Assembly: GCA_002269645.1 (NCBI GenBank)
Contig: NIVC01003015.1
Coordinates: 1-64,000 of the forward strand
Direction of reading: 5' to 3'
Source of the DNA: Macrostomum lignano
Lineage: Eukaryota
Length of the DNA: 64,000 bases
Shown: piece after piece, positions 26,211 through 54,571 of the stretch
Layout of the letters: every line of letters starts with the position of its first letter
How positions within the stretch are numbered: position 1 is the first letter of the stretch
Position numbers and translations under genes: made by a program
Notes under the pieces: model-generated
The model's input: the letters and a program-made list of their open reading frames with translations, nothing else
Database searches by the model: none
Told to the model about the DNA's origin: nothing

Positions 26211-28332
26211 TCAAGCCGCCAATTCTGTACGCATCTTCTTGCGCAACACCTGGCCCATGCGGCAGACGTTCTCTTGGCAGGCCTGGCATGTAGCCGTGCT
26301 GTGCTCTTTCCTGGGCTGCCCGGCTCGTCTGTCAACTCGACGGCGCTGCGGCTGGTAGCCATAGTACAGCTGGCCGACGTGCTGGAACAGATTCTCAACC
26401 ACCTTCTCCACCTCCTCCTGGTACCAGATGGCGTGCTCGTAGTATTCCGGGCAGCAGTCGGAGCACTTCTGGCCGTAGAGCTTGAAGCTCACGTAGCCAG
26501 CGTTGCGAGTCGGGTCCCGATAGATCCAGAATATCACCTGGCCGCCCATGCTGGTCCACGCCTTCTGGCAGCTCTGTATGTGCAAAATGGTAATGGCGCA
26601 GTGTGACCCAACCATCTCGAGTAATAGTGCAAGTGTGACCCAACCATCTCGAGTAATGACGCAAGTGTGACCCAACCATCTCGAGTAATAGTGCAAGCGT
26701 GACCCAACCATCTCGAGTAATAGTGCAAGTGTGACCCAACCATCTCGAGTAATAGTGCAAGTCTGACCCAACCATCTCGAGTAATGGTGCAAGTGTGACC
26801 CAACCATCTCGAGTAATAGTGCAAGTGTGACCCAACCATCTCGAGTAATAGTGCAAGTGTGACCCAACCATCTCGAGTAATGGCGCAAGCGTGACCCAAC
26901 CATCTCGAGTAATGGCGCAAGTCTGACCCAACCATCTCGAGTAATGGCGCAAGTGTGACCCAACCATCTCGAGTAATGACGCAAGTGTGACCCCACCATC
27001 TCGAGTAATGACGCAAGTGTGACCCAACCATCTCGAGTGATGGCACAAGTGTGACCCAACCATTTCGAGTAATGGCGCAAGTGTGACCCAACCATCTCGA
27101 GTAATGACGCAAGTGTGACCCAACCATTTCGAGTAATGACGCAAGTGTGACCCAACCATTTCGAGTAATGACGCAAGTAAGTGTGACCCAACCATTTCGA
27201 GTAATGACGCAAGTGTGACCCAACCATCTCGAGTAATGACGCAAGTGTGACCCAACCATTGAGTAATGTGACCCAACCATCGAGTAATGTGACCCAACCA
27301 TCGAGTAATGTGACCCAACCATCGAGTAATGTGACCCAACCATCGAGTAATGTGACCCAACCATAACCCAACCAAAGGACCAAAGCTACCAGATTCTCAC
27401 CGTGCAGATGAACCGCACTTTGGCCTGATCCTTGAAGTAGCGCCAGTGCGCCTTCGCGATGCCCGTGTTGTGCAGGTCAGGCTGGTCGAACACAGGCGTC
27501 AGGTGCCAGGTGTCCCGGGGAAACCGGCTGAAGAAATGGTCGAATCTCTGGTGCCACACGACCTCCATCCTGGAGTGCGGGGATGGCAGCGTTGATAAAT
27601 GAGATGCCTGACCCATGTGTTTGACCATCTCTCTTCAATTGACTAACAGGGTAGTTAAGACCTACAGAGGGAGGACCAGGACACAATGGCCCACAGATGG
27701 AGGACCTTGGAGGAGGCAGTGGCCCACAGAGGAAGTCGTTGGTTAAGAAAGATCAAAATTTCAATTTCAAATTCTGTCAGCGCTCACGTTTGGCTCAGCG
27801 CCATATCGACTGGCCGGTGTCCGCCGGCGGCGAGGCTGAAGCCCTCGAGGTCGCTGGCCACCTCGGCCAGTTGAGCATCAGCTGGGGACTCGGCTCTGGC
27901 CGAATCGCAGGTCGAACCGCCCGGACTGACCACTGCCGGCTTTGTTAGCGGAGTCGACGGCGGAGGCGCGGCGACAACTCCGGCAACGCCGGCCGGAGGC
28001 AGGAGATGCGCCTGCGGCTGCTGACCCGGATGCGGGTACAGGTATGGCGGATTCTGCTGCTGCTGCAGAAGGTGCTGCTGCTGCTGTTGCTCTTTCGTGT
28101 CGCTCTCGTAGCCGAGATCGTATGGCCTGTTGGCGAACTGCTGCTGCTGCTGTTGAGGCGGGCTGAGCTGGGTGGCACCCTGGCAATAGCCGGCCTGATG
28201 GTAATAGACAGCTAGATCTGGCGGAAGCGGCTGCTGCTGCTGCTGCTGCCTCTGGTACCAGGAGGCTGGCTGATGCGGCGGGATACTGCAGATCAGAGGC
28301 TGCGAGCCCGCGGGATATGACAGGATTGGCAT
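26211..28332 (-). CDS. 3CxxC zinc-finger protein (receptor-transporting protein/ZAR1-like) with Q/P/Y-rich N-terminus, 358 aa; exons complement(27788..28332, 27401..27569, 26211..26573)
   Basis: GT-AG introns with matched phases (2,0). Spliced domain: W..RF..FF...W.L.....W.YF...AKVRFICT|SCQKAWTS...FKLYGQKCSDC...WYQEEVEKVVENL...HSTATCQACQENVC, which is the three-CxxC-plus-His pattern of the zf-3CxxC family. Confidence 0.85.
26598..27365. repeat. 32-bp minisatellite (AAGTGTGACCCAACCATCTCGAGTAATAGTGC)n with terminal 21-bp variants, in intron 2 of the 3CxxC gene
   Basis: About 20 long units plus 5 short units. Confidence 0.95.
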
Positions 28333-29454
28333 TTTGCGTTATATTTTCCTATTCTAATTTATTTCTGATGTGTAACTTTTACAAACACACGAGGATGTTT
28401 TTCGGGGCTGCCTGCGATTCTTGGCGCTCCCAGTTTAAATAGGCATGGGCCGGGCCCCCTGAACAGCCGTCTCATCCTCCTCCAGATCTTGTTGGCTGGT
28501 GCAGCCCTAGCAAGGGGGCCAAGAGCCCGAAGTTTGGCCAATCTATTTTTAGCTCACTGACTCAATTTCGTCTTGCGCGCTAGGATTAGAACTTGTGTGC
28601 ATTGCGAATTTCGAAATTGCGTTCTATTTTTAGAAACTGCGCGAAACCCCGACGAAGTTCTGTTTGTCAAAGGGGTGGGGTGGGTTGGGGTGGTTGTCGG
28701 GTAGATGCAGAATTATAAGGATGTAAATAGGTCTGTATTTCAACGAACTTCCATTCTCAATTGACTGACTAAGCCGCCTCTCACTCGTCCTTACCTGCGC
28801 GGACGAAGCAGTGAAGAAGAGATGTATTTAGCGGGCCCTTATTCCGTGTTTTTGATATCTGCGTTCCAGTCTTATGGACCTTAGCAGCGGAGAGCGAGAG
28901 CTCTAGTCTGTCTGCATTTATTCACACAGAATTGCGCACACAATTCATTTGCAGTCGCATGTTTTTTTGCCCCAACAACAACCTTTAGCATTAGCCCCAC
29001 CGGCCCTCCTCCCCTAAAAGAACCCAGAAAATTCGATAGTTCCTATTTCAAAGGCGATTTTTATGCAGGTAGGAATAGATAATTATGATAGATGAGGGGC
29101 CGGTTGCTTCTCGCTGCTGTACGTTGTCTTTTGAGCAAAGTTTCGGATTACAATTTATCCAAAATCGCAAAATTTCCTCCTTCGATGCTTGTTTACCAAG
29201 AGAGGGTGATTTGAGACGTTGTTTGGGTTTGACGTTAAAAGCGAAAAACAATATTAATTTGGGTCAGGCTTTGATTGGTTCCTGGCGGGTCGTCGCGTGC
29301 TATCGCTGGTCGTTTGTTTGTATGGGGAGAATCTTCCTGGCTCTTGCTTTCTTTGTCTTTCATGCTTGTTGTGTTTGAATTCGTGGCAACGGGTGAACGG
29401 CGGGGCGGATTTGGAAGAGAGGTGAATTCTGATTAAGGTGGGATTTAAATTAGG

Positions 29455-30245
29455 GGCGGATTCTGAAAACGGGGAGGATTCTGAGGAAGGGGCGGATTCT
29501 GAAAAGGAGCGGGTTCAGAGAAATGGGCGGATTCTTGGATAGGAGTGGATCCTCACGGGCGGATTCTGAGTAAGAAGAGGATTCTGTGGAACGGTTGATT
29601 CTAAGGAGGGGGTGGAGTCTGAGGAAGGGGCGGAGTCTCAGGAAGGGGCGGATTCTGGAGAAGGGGCGGATTCTGAGAAAGGGGGGATTCTGAGGAAGGG
29701 GTGGATTCTGAGAAAGGGGCGGATTCTGAGGAAGGGGCGGATTCTGAGGAAGGGGTGGAGTCTGAGGAAGGGGTGGGATCTGAGGAAGGGGCGGAGTCTC
29801 AGGAAGGGGCGGATTCTGGAGAAGGGGCGGATTCTGAGAAAGGGGGGATTCTGAGGAAGGGGCGGATTCTGAGAAAGGGGCGGATTCTGAGGAAGGGGCG
29901 GATTCTGAGGAAGGGGTGGAGTCTGAGGAAGGGGTGGGATCTGAGGAAGGGGCGGAGTCTCAGGAAGGGGCGGATTCTGGAGAAGGGGCGGATTCTGAGA
30001 AAGGGGGGATTCTGGAGAAGGGGCGGATTCTGAGAAAGGGGCGGATTCTGAGGAAGGGGCGGATTCTGAGGAAGGGGTGGAGTCTGAGGAAGGGGCGGAG
30101 TCTCAGGAAGGGGCGGATTCTGGAGAAGGGGCGGATTCTAAGAAAGGGGCGGATTCTGAGGAAGGGGCGGATTCTGAGAAAGGGGCGGATTCTGAGGAAG
30201 GGGAGGATTCTGAGAAAGGGGCGGAGTCTGAGGAAGAAGCGGGAA
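29455..30245. repeat. 18/19-bp G-rich minisatellite (GAGGAAGGGGCGGATTCT)n
   Basis: About 40 variable copies. Confidence 0.92.
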
Positions 30246-31436
30246 GGGGAGGATTCGGAGGATTTTAATTGGCAAACAATTTCTAATTAAAAGATCCCGA
30301 AAGAAACACAGCAAAAACTTACATTGATTAGCAATTTGATCGAGCAATTGTCACAAATGCAAATGTGACTCAAATACAGAATTGAATGGGTCAGCATTGG
30401 AGAAGTCGCCAAAGCATTTCGTACCGCGTGCATTTATATCCGAAAGAAATCTATACCGTATAAATTCCAGAATTGAAAATGCGACTCCCCTATCCGAACT
30501 GTGTATTTTCATTTCTATTAAGTAATAAAGAAATTGCGAAATTATCAGATAGTTAAAAAAGACCAGAGATTCGATTTCTCTAGTGAACATCCTGTTTAAA
30601 GTTCGGATAAGGCTCAGCATAAGAGGAGCATCCGGTTGAGCTTTCATGAGAAAGAAGTCTTAATTTATTGTGTTTTTTTAATAGCCAAACATGCATTTAC
30701 AGGTAAAACAAATCAAAGTTTACTTGGATGTTGATATACAATATTTATCTTTTATCGTCACAACTTCATATAATAATGATATAAGATATATAACTATGGA
30801 TTTGTCAGACCCCGTTAATCACTGAGCCTTACGCATGCCCGCGAAGGATGCGTCACAACTCCTAGGCCTTGTAGATTATACTTCATCTACGCGTGTACAC
30901 TGTAACCCCCAACCCCCCCCCCCCCCAAAAAAAAGAGAGTTCCCTTCAAGGCCGTCAAAAGCTGATTGGCTGCTTCGGTAGCGGGGAATTCCCTCACTGA
31001 AGATAACCCTGCCCTTGACGTAAGTCATCGCATTTGGCTAAGGACCAACTCAACCACATTGCCTATGCTTGTAAGGGCATTCTTATCTACACTTTTTTGG
31101 CTGTCGTGAAAATCAGGATTCTCAAAATAATACCAAATGTCACCCACCAAAAAAGCGAAACAAAATCTGGTCTCCAGCAGCGCAGAAGCTTTTTAGGGGA
31201 CTGTTGCGTTAAGTTTTAAAACAAAAATAGGTAGAAAAAAGACATCCAAACTATATGGATCCTTCTTGTTTTAGGGACGAATGTTTGGAAAAGATAAGTT
31301 GTAAGAAATCGTGAACACAATTAATCCTTATTATATAAAACTTAAAAATCGTGTCAATTTTTTAAGTTCCATTTTCCAGGAAACGGGCCTCTAAAAACAT
31401 TCTACATGCACGTCCTGTCTGCAGCTGGGAAGGCGC

Positions 31437-42831
<11,395 letters not shown>

Positions 42832-44256
42832 TATTTCTGGCTAGAATTCTCAAGAAGAAAGCAATTTGCAGACTACAGACCAAATACTAATGCTACAAAA
42901 TTTTGTATATTCAGAAAACTTTATTAAAAATTCGGTGGTAAATTGAATACTAAATCTCACACAGCGTCTAGGTAAATAACATTTTAAATTAAACTTTATA
43001 TTGCTTTTTCAGGTAAATAAAATATTTTTGCTAAAAAAATTATTTTCTTTACAAAACGAAGCAGTATAGATTTTGCTATTGACATATTTTGTTATTCCAT
43101 GTTAAAAAAATTTTTTTTTAATGCTAACGTCTGGCGAATTATCGCCTGAAATTCGACTGAACTCGTTCGTTCGTTCTGTCTATCTATCCATCCGTCTCAT
43201 GCATCAATCACATGGAAGTCTTACAGTACAGACTTACTGTTGCCTGCCAGGAATTTGCAATGGGCAGGTGTAACTACTAACTTGTTGCATTTAGATAGTA
43301 GATAGTTAGTTAGTAAACGGCGGCCGTGTCTATAATGTTGGAGATAGTTATAGGTAGCAAGTAAGCAAGGTAGGCACGTCCGCCGTGTAAGCACACATGG
43401 TACCGTTGCTTTTAATTTTGGCAATAAAGAGACCGCTGGCGTCTCCAGTGTCGAATGGGTTCTATATTAGGTACACAGGCACCCTACATGAATTTAAGTG
43501 TGAACTAAGTTAATATTAATGACACAGCTGCTGGTGCTGCCGCTGGCGCTGTGTAGACTAAGTTTTATAAAATTCACTAGTTACTTTTTTGCCTTTAATT
43601 TTAATTAGGCCTAGGATTATATATATTATACCAAATCATAATGTAAAAAATAAAAAGGCTATGATTCATATATCTGAGTAGGGACTTCAGTGAGGTTTTT
43701 AAAACTAAAAATTAGGCCATTTTTTGTACTTCATCATATAGATCCATGCTTTATGAGCATGGTGAAATTTCATTTATAAAAATTGGTTGGGTATTAAAAA
43801 AGTTATGGTACATTTTGTGCTACATTTTTTGTACTAGCTCGTAATGTATTTTTTCCATAGGGCACTGTGATCATTTTTCCAAGATTATGTAACTTTTGAA
43901 AATCAATTTGCTATAATTTTTTTATTTCTTGATGGATTTTGTTGCCAGAGGTCTTATTTTTTCCCATTTTTTTTCAAATTTTTATAGCTAAAAAAGACTT
44001 TTCATTGGGCACACTTTTTGATATAAGAATACATATAATCCATGAATGCATATGACATAGCCACTACCTAATATTGCAGTAATATTGCATTTATATATAA
44101 ATGATAAGATATAACAACTTTTCAGCATTCAGAATTAATTCAACTGACATACAACTGTAATGTCTTAATGATAATGCTTTTAAAAGCTTACATAGTCTTG
44201 TTTGATATACCTTGGCTTTACCCTTAAGTTTACTTTCCAGCCTAGCACTTGGCAAC

Positions 44257-44682
44257 ATGTCTGACCTACCAGCTTCCATGACAATTGGGGCTGCTCTTGA
44301 TCTGTTTAGGAGTGGTGGCCGCATGGCTGTTCAGGCTGCCCTCAACCAGCAGCAGCTGGAAGTTGGAGTCATTGAGGCTACCATTGCTCCTAAGCAGACA
44401 GAAGCAACTTGGCCCTTATACAAGTACTTGGTAAGGCTGAAGCAGAAGGCACAAACATTATCAAAGTCAGCCTCTAGACCTGGATCTGCACAAGTACTAC
44501 AGGACTTTCTTGACAGTCCATTTGAACCTCCTGCTCAACATGATCATGGCATAGTTGTGTCAGATGCAGAGCCTACTGGACCAGGATCAATTGCTGATCC
44601 AAGCACTAGCACTCCAGTCAAGCCTCTGACCAGCAGAAAACGACATGCCACTGGGCAGAGCATCTCAATGATTCTGAGTTAG
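44257..44682 (+). CDS. Orphan ORF (141 aa from ATG), possibly transposon-derived
   Basis: Non-repetitive ORF MSDLPASMTIG...RKRHATGQSISMILS in otherwise AT-rich DNA; family not recognised. Confidence 0.3.
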   Translation: MSDLPASMTIGAALDLFRSGGRMAVQAALNQQQLEVGVIEATIAPKQTEATWPLYKYLVRLKQKAQTLSKSASRPGSAQVLQDFLDSPFEPPAQHDHGIVVSDAEPTGPGSIADPSTSTPVKPLTSRKRHATGQSISMILS

Positions 44683-44759
44683 TGAACAACAAGAGTCAAA
44701 CTAAAATATTCAATACCATAGACATCACACCTCTCCTTTTCTTGAATTGTAATGTGTTG

Positions 44760-45980
44760 AAATTTTTAACAATGCTCTATTCCAGAGATTGTAACTAGGT
44801 CCTAGTTGCTAGTCCGTTTCAAACTTCTCTGGTAGTTGATCAAAATTTCTATCAGCCTTTTCTTTAAGCTATAAAGCATCTTGTTCTGTTTCAACAGAAT
44901 CATTCATTTTAGAATCATTCCATATCAGCTTTGGCTTGATAGTCTTTTAGTCGTTGTCCTATCTTTAGAAGCTGATCTACGTGACATTTCCAAAGTAATT
45001 TACCAACTCAAACAGAATAATTCAATGGGGCTGTACATTTCAAAATAGTTCCCAGAGCCTATCTGTCTTTTCCTCTTTGTAAATTCTAAGTTAGAACTCT
45101 CTTTCTCTCCAATGAAAAAGTCTACCAATACTTCATATTAGCTTCAATTTCAGTGGTGGAAATCTAGCCATCCTTGCCTGGATAGAATCAGTACTATCTT
45201 GAGAACAGGGTCCTTCAAGGTTTCTTTTGCGATGATGTTAGCTTGTACTAGAAGTCTACTAATTAAGACTTGCTGAACCAAGCTCAAGGTTGTTTTGTTA
45301 TTGTTTTCACACTTTTCTGGGAGCCTTGATAGCCCACTAGCATTGTAATGATGGTCAGTTTTTCTGAACTTTATGTTGTAAAATGTGCATCAAAGAGCAT
45401 GGCCCATATTTGCAATTGGCTGGCTGCTATAGGTGGAATTGGTCTTTGTGGATCAAATATTGCTATGAGAGGATTGTGATCAATTACAAGCATGAATGAT
45501 TGACCAAACAAATACTTATGAAATCTCTTTAATCTTTTCAGCTGATGACAGAGTTCTTAATATATATGTAATTGGTTTATCCCTAGTCAGCATTTCATGC
45601 GAGATCACAGTTCCAAGACCGTAGAGTGAAGCATCACACTAACTTCAGCTTTTTCAATGGGTTATAGTGCATCAATACCTTGCTTGAAATGAGCTGGTCC
45701 TTTATTTCACTAAAGGCAAACTCAATTGTTTGACCAATCAAAATCCAACCAATGCACTAAGGCTTCACAGACTTACCACAAATTTAACAAATCTTTTATA
45801 TCCCTATACTTCCATTTAGCAAACACATCTTTGTGCAATCAAACCTAGGTTTTTGTGTCATAGGTATGACATTTTTTGCATTATGCCATTGCTAAATTGC
45901 CAATGCTGAATCCCCAATCCCAAACTTCAGTTAAGCTTTTAAATTTGTTCAAATATTACCTATTATCACTTGACCATCTG
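44760..45980 (-). pseudogene. Decayed Ty3/gypsy retrotransposon pol fragment (RT connection and RNase H region)
   Basis: Frameshifted minus-strand peptides FAFSEIKDQLISSKVLMHYNP, DASLYGLGTVISH, KPITYILRTLSSAEK, KRFHKYLFGQSFMLVIDHNPLIAIF, AASQLQIWAML and LSRLP match the gypsy RNase H signature. The outer boundaries are approximate. Confidence 0.85.
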
Positions 45981-46055
45981 AATCTTAAAAAAAAACACCA
46001 ACATTTTAGGCCAATGGCACATCAAAATTGAAAATGGCATAATGATTTATATGGG

Positions 46056-46227
46056 CATACATGCGCAACCTTGGGAATCACTCGGCCGTTTCTATTGGCA
46101 ACACACACATGTAAGTCGCTATTGGCTGAGAGCAGTCACGTGACTACTATTCCGTCCAATAGCGACTTACATGTGTGTGTTGCCAATAGAAACGGCCGGG
46201 TGAATCCCTAGGTTGCGCCCAAGCATG
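46056..46227. mobile_element. Foldback MITE with 63-bp inverted arms
   Basis: Arms 46063-46125 and 46156-46218 match at 60/63 positions. The left terminus is CATACATGCGCAAC, and TATATGGG flanks both sides (46048-46055 and 46228-46235). Confidence 0.85.
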
Positions 46228-47207
46228 TATATGGGTATGCCTTTTTGTATGGGTATAAGCCAAATTCAAATATATTATTAATATATGCACTTTATATAAC
46301 AAGTCTAACCAATCTTTTCCTACTCACTATGACATAACATTAATATTATAAATTGTTTGAAATATAACTTTTTATGAATGTTATCAAAAAAGCTAAAATA
46401 GTTTAATTAATAGTTTAATAGTTTAGTTTAATTAGTTTTAGTTTAGTTTAATAGTTTAGCTAAAATACTATAATATTGCTAAAATAGTCTATTACTAAAT
46501 TAGACTATTGCTACTATTATAATTATTTGTGGCACCTATTATTACTGTTATAATTTAGACTATTAAAATAAAAGGCACTAGTACAATTTTGTTTGTGGAA
46601 TTATTTTTCTATTGAATTTAGCTAAACTAATAATTAAATTTTTTTTCTTATTCCTAGGAGTGCAAAGAACTATTATAACATATTAAATATTTGTTGGTTT
46701 TATAACAATAAATATAACTATAAACTAGAAAAGGAGTTTGTAGTTTAGTAAGTAAATAGTTATGGCTCAATTGTTGGCCTAGGTGGATATCCAGCCATTT
46801 TTGGTCTCAATGGTAAAATATGCTTATTAGAATACTTTTTGCTTTAGAAAAAATAACTTTGGTAAAAATGCTTCTGCTATTCCCCCTCTCTATATTACAG
46901 AAAGATGGGTATAAAACAAAAATTTCTGTAATACACAAGAATCACCTGTTGCACATATCGTATATCACTCTTTTTGTAGGATATTGTATTATACACTATT
47001 GTACAGTTGGTCTGCACTTGTACAACTGCCATTGTACCATTTTTAGACATATATAAGTCATATGTCGCGAAGCATTTTTCATTAACTGTAGTTTGTAAGT
47101 CATTTCCAAGTTTAAAAACTCATTTACCATGGCACTATTGCCAACAAAAAAATCAAAATCAAAATTCATGCATTAGAAAACTTTGATATTTGATTTGCTT
47201 TTTTAAA

Positions 47208-47493
47208 CATACATGCGCGACCTCCAAAATTTGGTCGGCCGTGCGACTTAGTTTTAACAAAAATGCGACCTAGTTGTTGGCCAAAAATGCGACTTACATG
47301 TAAAAATGCAATTCACGCAACTTTGGGTAAACGGCAGGAGTAACTATGACTGTCTTATAAAGCCAAAATGCCTCGTCAGCTACTTAGTACTACTACTTGG
47401 TGTTTTTTGGGTGGGCATTTTTGCGACTTCCTTGGTTGGCCGCCAAATCGGTCGGCCGGATCGGCCGACTCGGCCGACTGTTGCGCATGTATG
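47208..47493. mobile_element. MITE with CATACATGCGC(G/A)AC TIRs and 9-bp TSD (Mutator-like by TSD length)
   Basis: TIRs at 47208-47221 and 47480-47493 match at 13/14. TTTTTTAAA flanks both sides (47199-47207 and 47494-47502). Confidence 0.85.
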
Positions 47494-48156
47494 TTTTTTA
47501 AATGATATACATTGTATGTAGTCACTAAATTACAACATAATTGTTGCTTTACTGCACTTTTTAGAATAATTACTGGACTATTCCTGACTTACTAGCGGGG
47601 TCAGTGGTGCATTTTCTCACTTTTATTGCACTTATATTATGCTCACATTTATTCCTATTGTACCCTATTGTATACCAGTAGTACCATTTTTCAATCCCTG
47701 TCGTACTATTGTACAACAAGCCAAAATTTAAATTTAGGTTCTATCGTAAAGTTTTCATTTTGTCTGTTTAAATTCCTACAATAAATATACCAAGTATGCT
47801 TACCCTTTTAGCTTATTGTTTATTTATTTAGCTTAAAAAAGCCATAATAACCATAGAAAATATATATGGCAGAATTTTCTAGCATAAATACCATGATCCC
47901 AACTATGGTAATTTTAAGGTTTTTTTCACTTGTGTTTTAGATACGTTTTACAAGATATTTTCCATGTCTTTCATTGACTTTTATAACTTCTTATATGGTT
48001 ATTAGTGGCTTAAATAATGTAAAAATCTTTCTCAGGGTAAATGTTCAAAATTTGACTATAGAACTATATATTCATCATTTTGGCAACCACTGTCTTTATT
48101 GTATTTAAATTTAAAGCTTGAAAATCATTGACAAAATTTTATAGCTTCAAAGTTAA

Positions 48157-53159
<5,003 letters not shown>

Positions 53160-53659
53160 CCAGCAAAACCTAGTTGTCTTCAATGCATGCTCCTGCTCTA
53201 CCTTTGACAAAAAACCACCTGAACTCTACCCCCGTTTTGAGTTTTATTGGGCTTTTTTCATTATTTTGCTTCCATTTATTTTTCAATTTTCGACGCACTG
53301 TTTCATAATTGCTTAAGTCATTTCCTTGTAGTCATTGGGTTTAGTAATCAGGATTTTTTATATTGTTATATAATTGTGCACATATTCTTCACATTTGTAT
53401 TGTATTCATACAGCTTTTGAAAATTCCTGCCATAAATATGTAGATTAAAATTGCTTCTAAATGCGTTTTTTTTCTGCGCAGCTTTCGTCATTTGTCACGT
53501 TCAGTATTGTTTGCTTGTTTTTTTCTTTTTTGTTTGCTATGTCAAAGATATTGTTGCTTGTTGCAAGTCTGAAGATTGGTTTTAAGATATGCTGCAGAAA
53601 GTGCTTGTTTAGTTATTAGCCATCACTATTTGACAGCAACATGAGTGATTCATTGCCTC

Positions 53660-54275
53660 CCAGATCTTCAGTTGCCAGGCCATCACCCTCCCAGATCCTC
53701 AGTTGCTGGGCCAGCCTCCCGAGTCCTCAGTTGCTGGGCCAGCCTCCCACATCCTCAGCTGCTGGGCCAGCCTCCCAGACATTCAGTTGCTGGGCCAGCC
53801 TCCCAGACCTTCAGTTGTTAGGCCAGCTTCCCAGATCCTCAGTTGCTAGGCCAGCCTCCCAGATCCTCAGCTGCTGGGCCAGCATCCCAGACTCTCAGTT
53901 GCTAGGCCAGCATCCCAGATCCCCAGTTGCTGGGCCAGCCTCCCAGATCCTCAGTTGCTGGGCCATCACCCTCCCAGATCCTCAGTTGCTGTGCCACCCT
54001 CCCAGATCCTCAGCTGCTGTGCCACCCTCCCAGAGCCTCAGTTGCTGTGCCACCCTCCCAGATCCTCAGTTGCTGGGCCAGCCTTCCAGATCCCTCAGCT
54101 GCTGGGCCAGCCTTTCAGATCCCTCAGTTGCTGGGCCAGCCTTCCAGATCCCTCAGTTGCTGGGCCAGCCTCTCAGATCCCTCAGTTGCTGGGCCAGCCT
54201 CTCAGATCCCTCAGTTGCTGGGCCAGCCTCTCAGATCCCTCAGCTGCTGGGCCAGCCTCTTAGATCCCCAGCTTC
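53660..54275. repeat. About 28-bp minisatellite (CCCAGATCCTCAGTTGCTGGGCCAGCCT)n
   Basis: About 21 variable copies downstream of the Rab14 stop. Confidence 0.93.
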
Positions 54276-54571
54276 TAAGCCAGCCACTGTTGCACACAAT
54301 GCTGTTGTTCTAAATTCAATCTTTCCTGTTGTTATTTCCAAAGTGCATTCGATTCACGCCGCACAGACACTAATTTCATTTTATATAATGAATCTCATTT
54401 TGACAATTGCAAGCACATTTTTCGAACTGTACACTTTTAGTTGGCAATCGTCTTACTTTTAGTAGTTTGTAGGTATAGAAAATTGATAAGTCCAACCCGT
54501 GCTCATGTATGTATTGAAGTCATTTTATTAAACATCTGTCTGTTCTTCTACATTATTTGTTTTATAACTCA

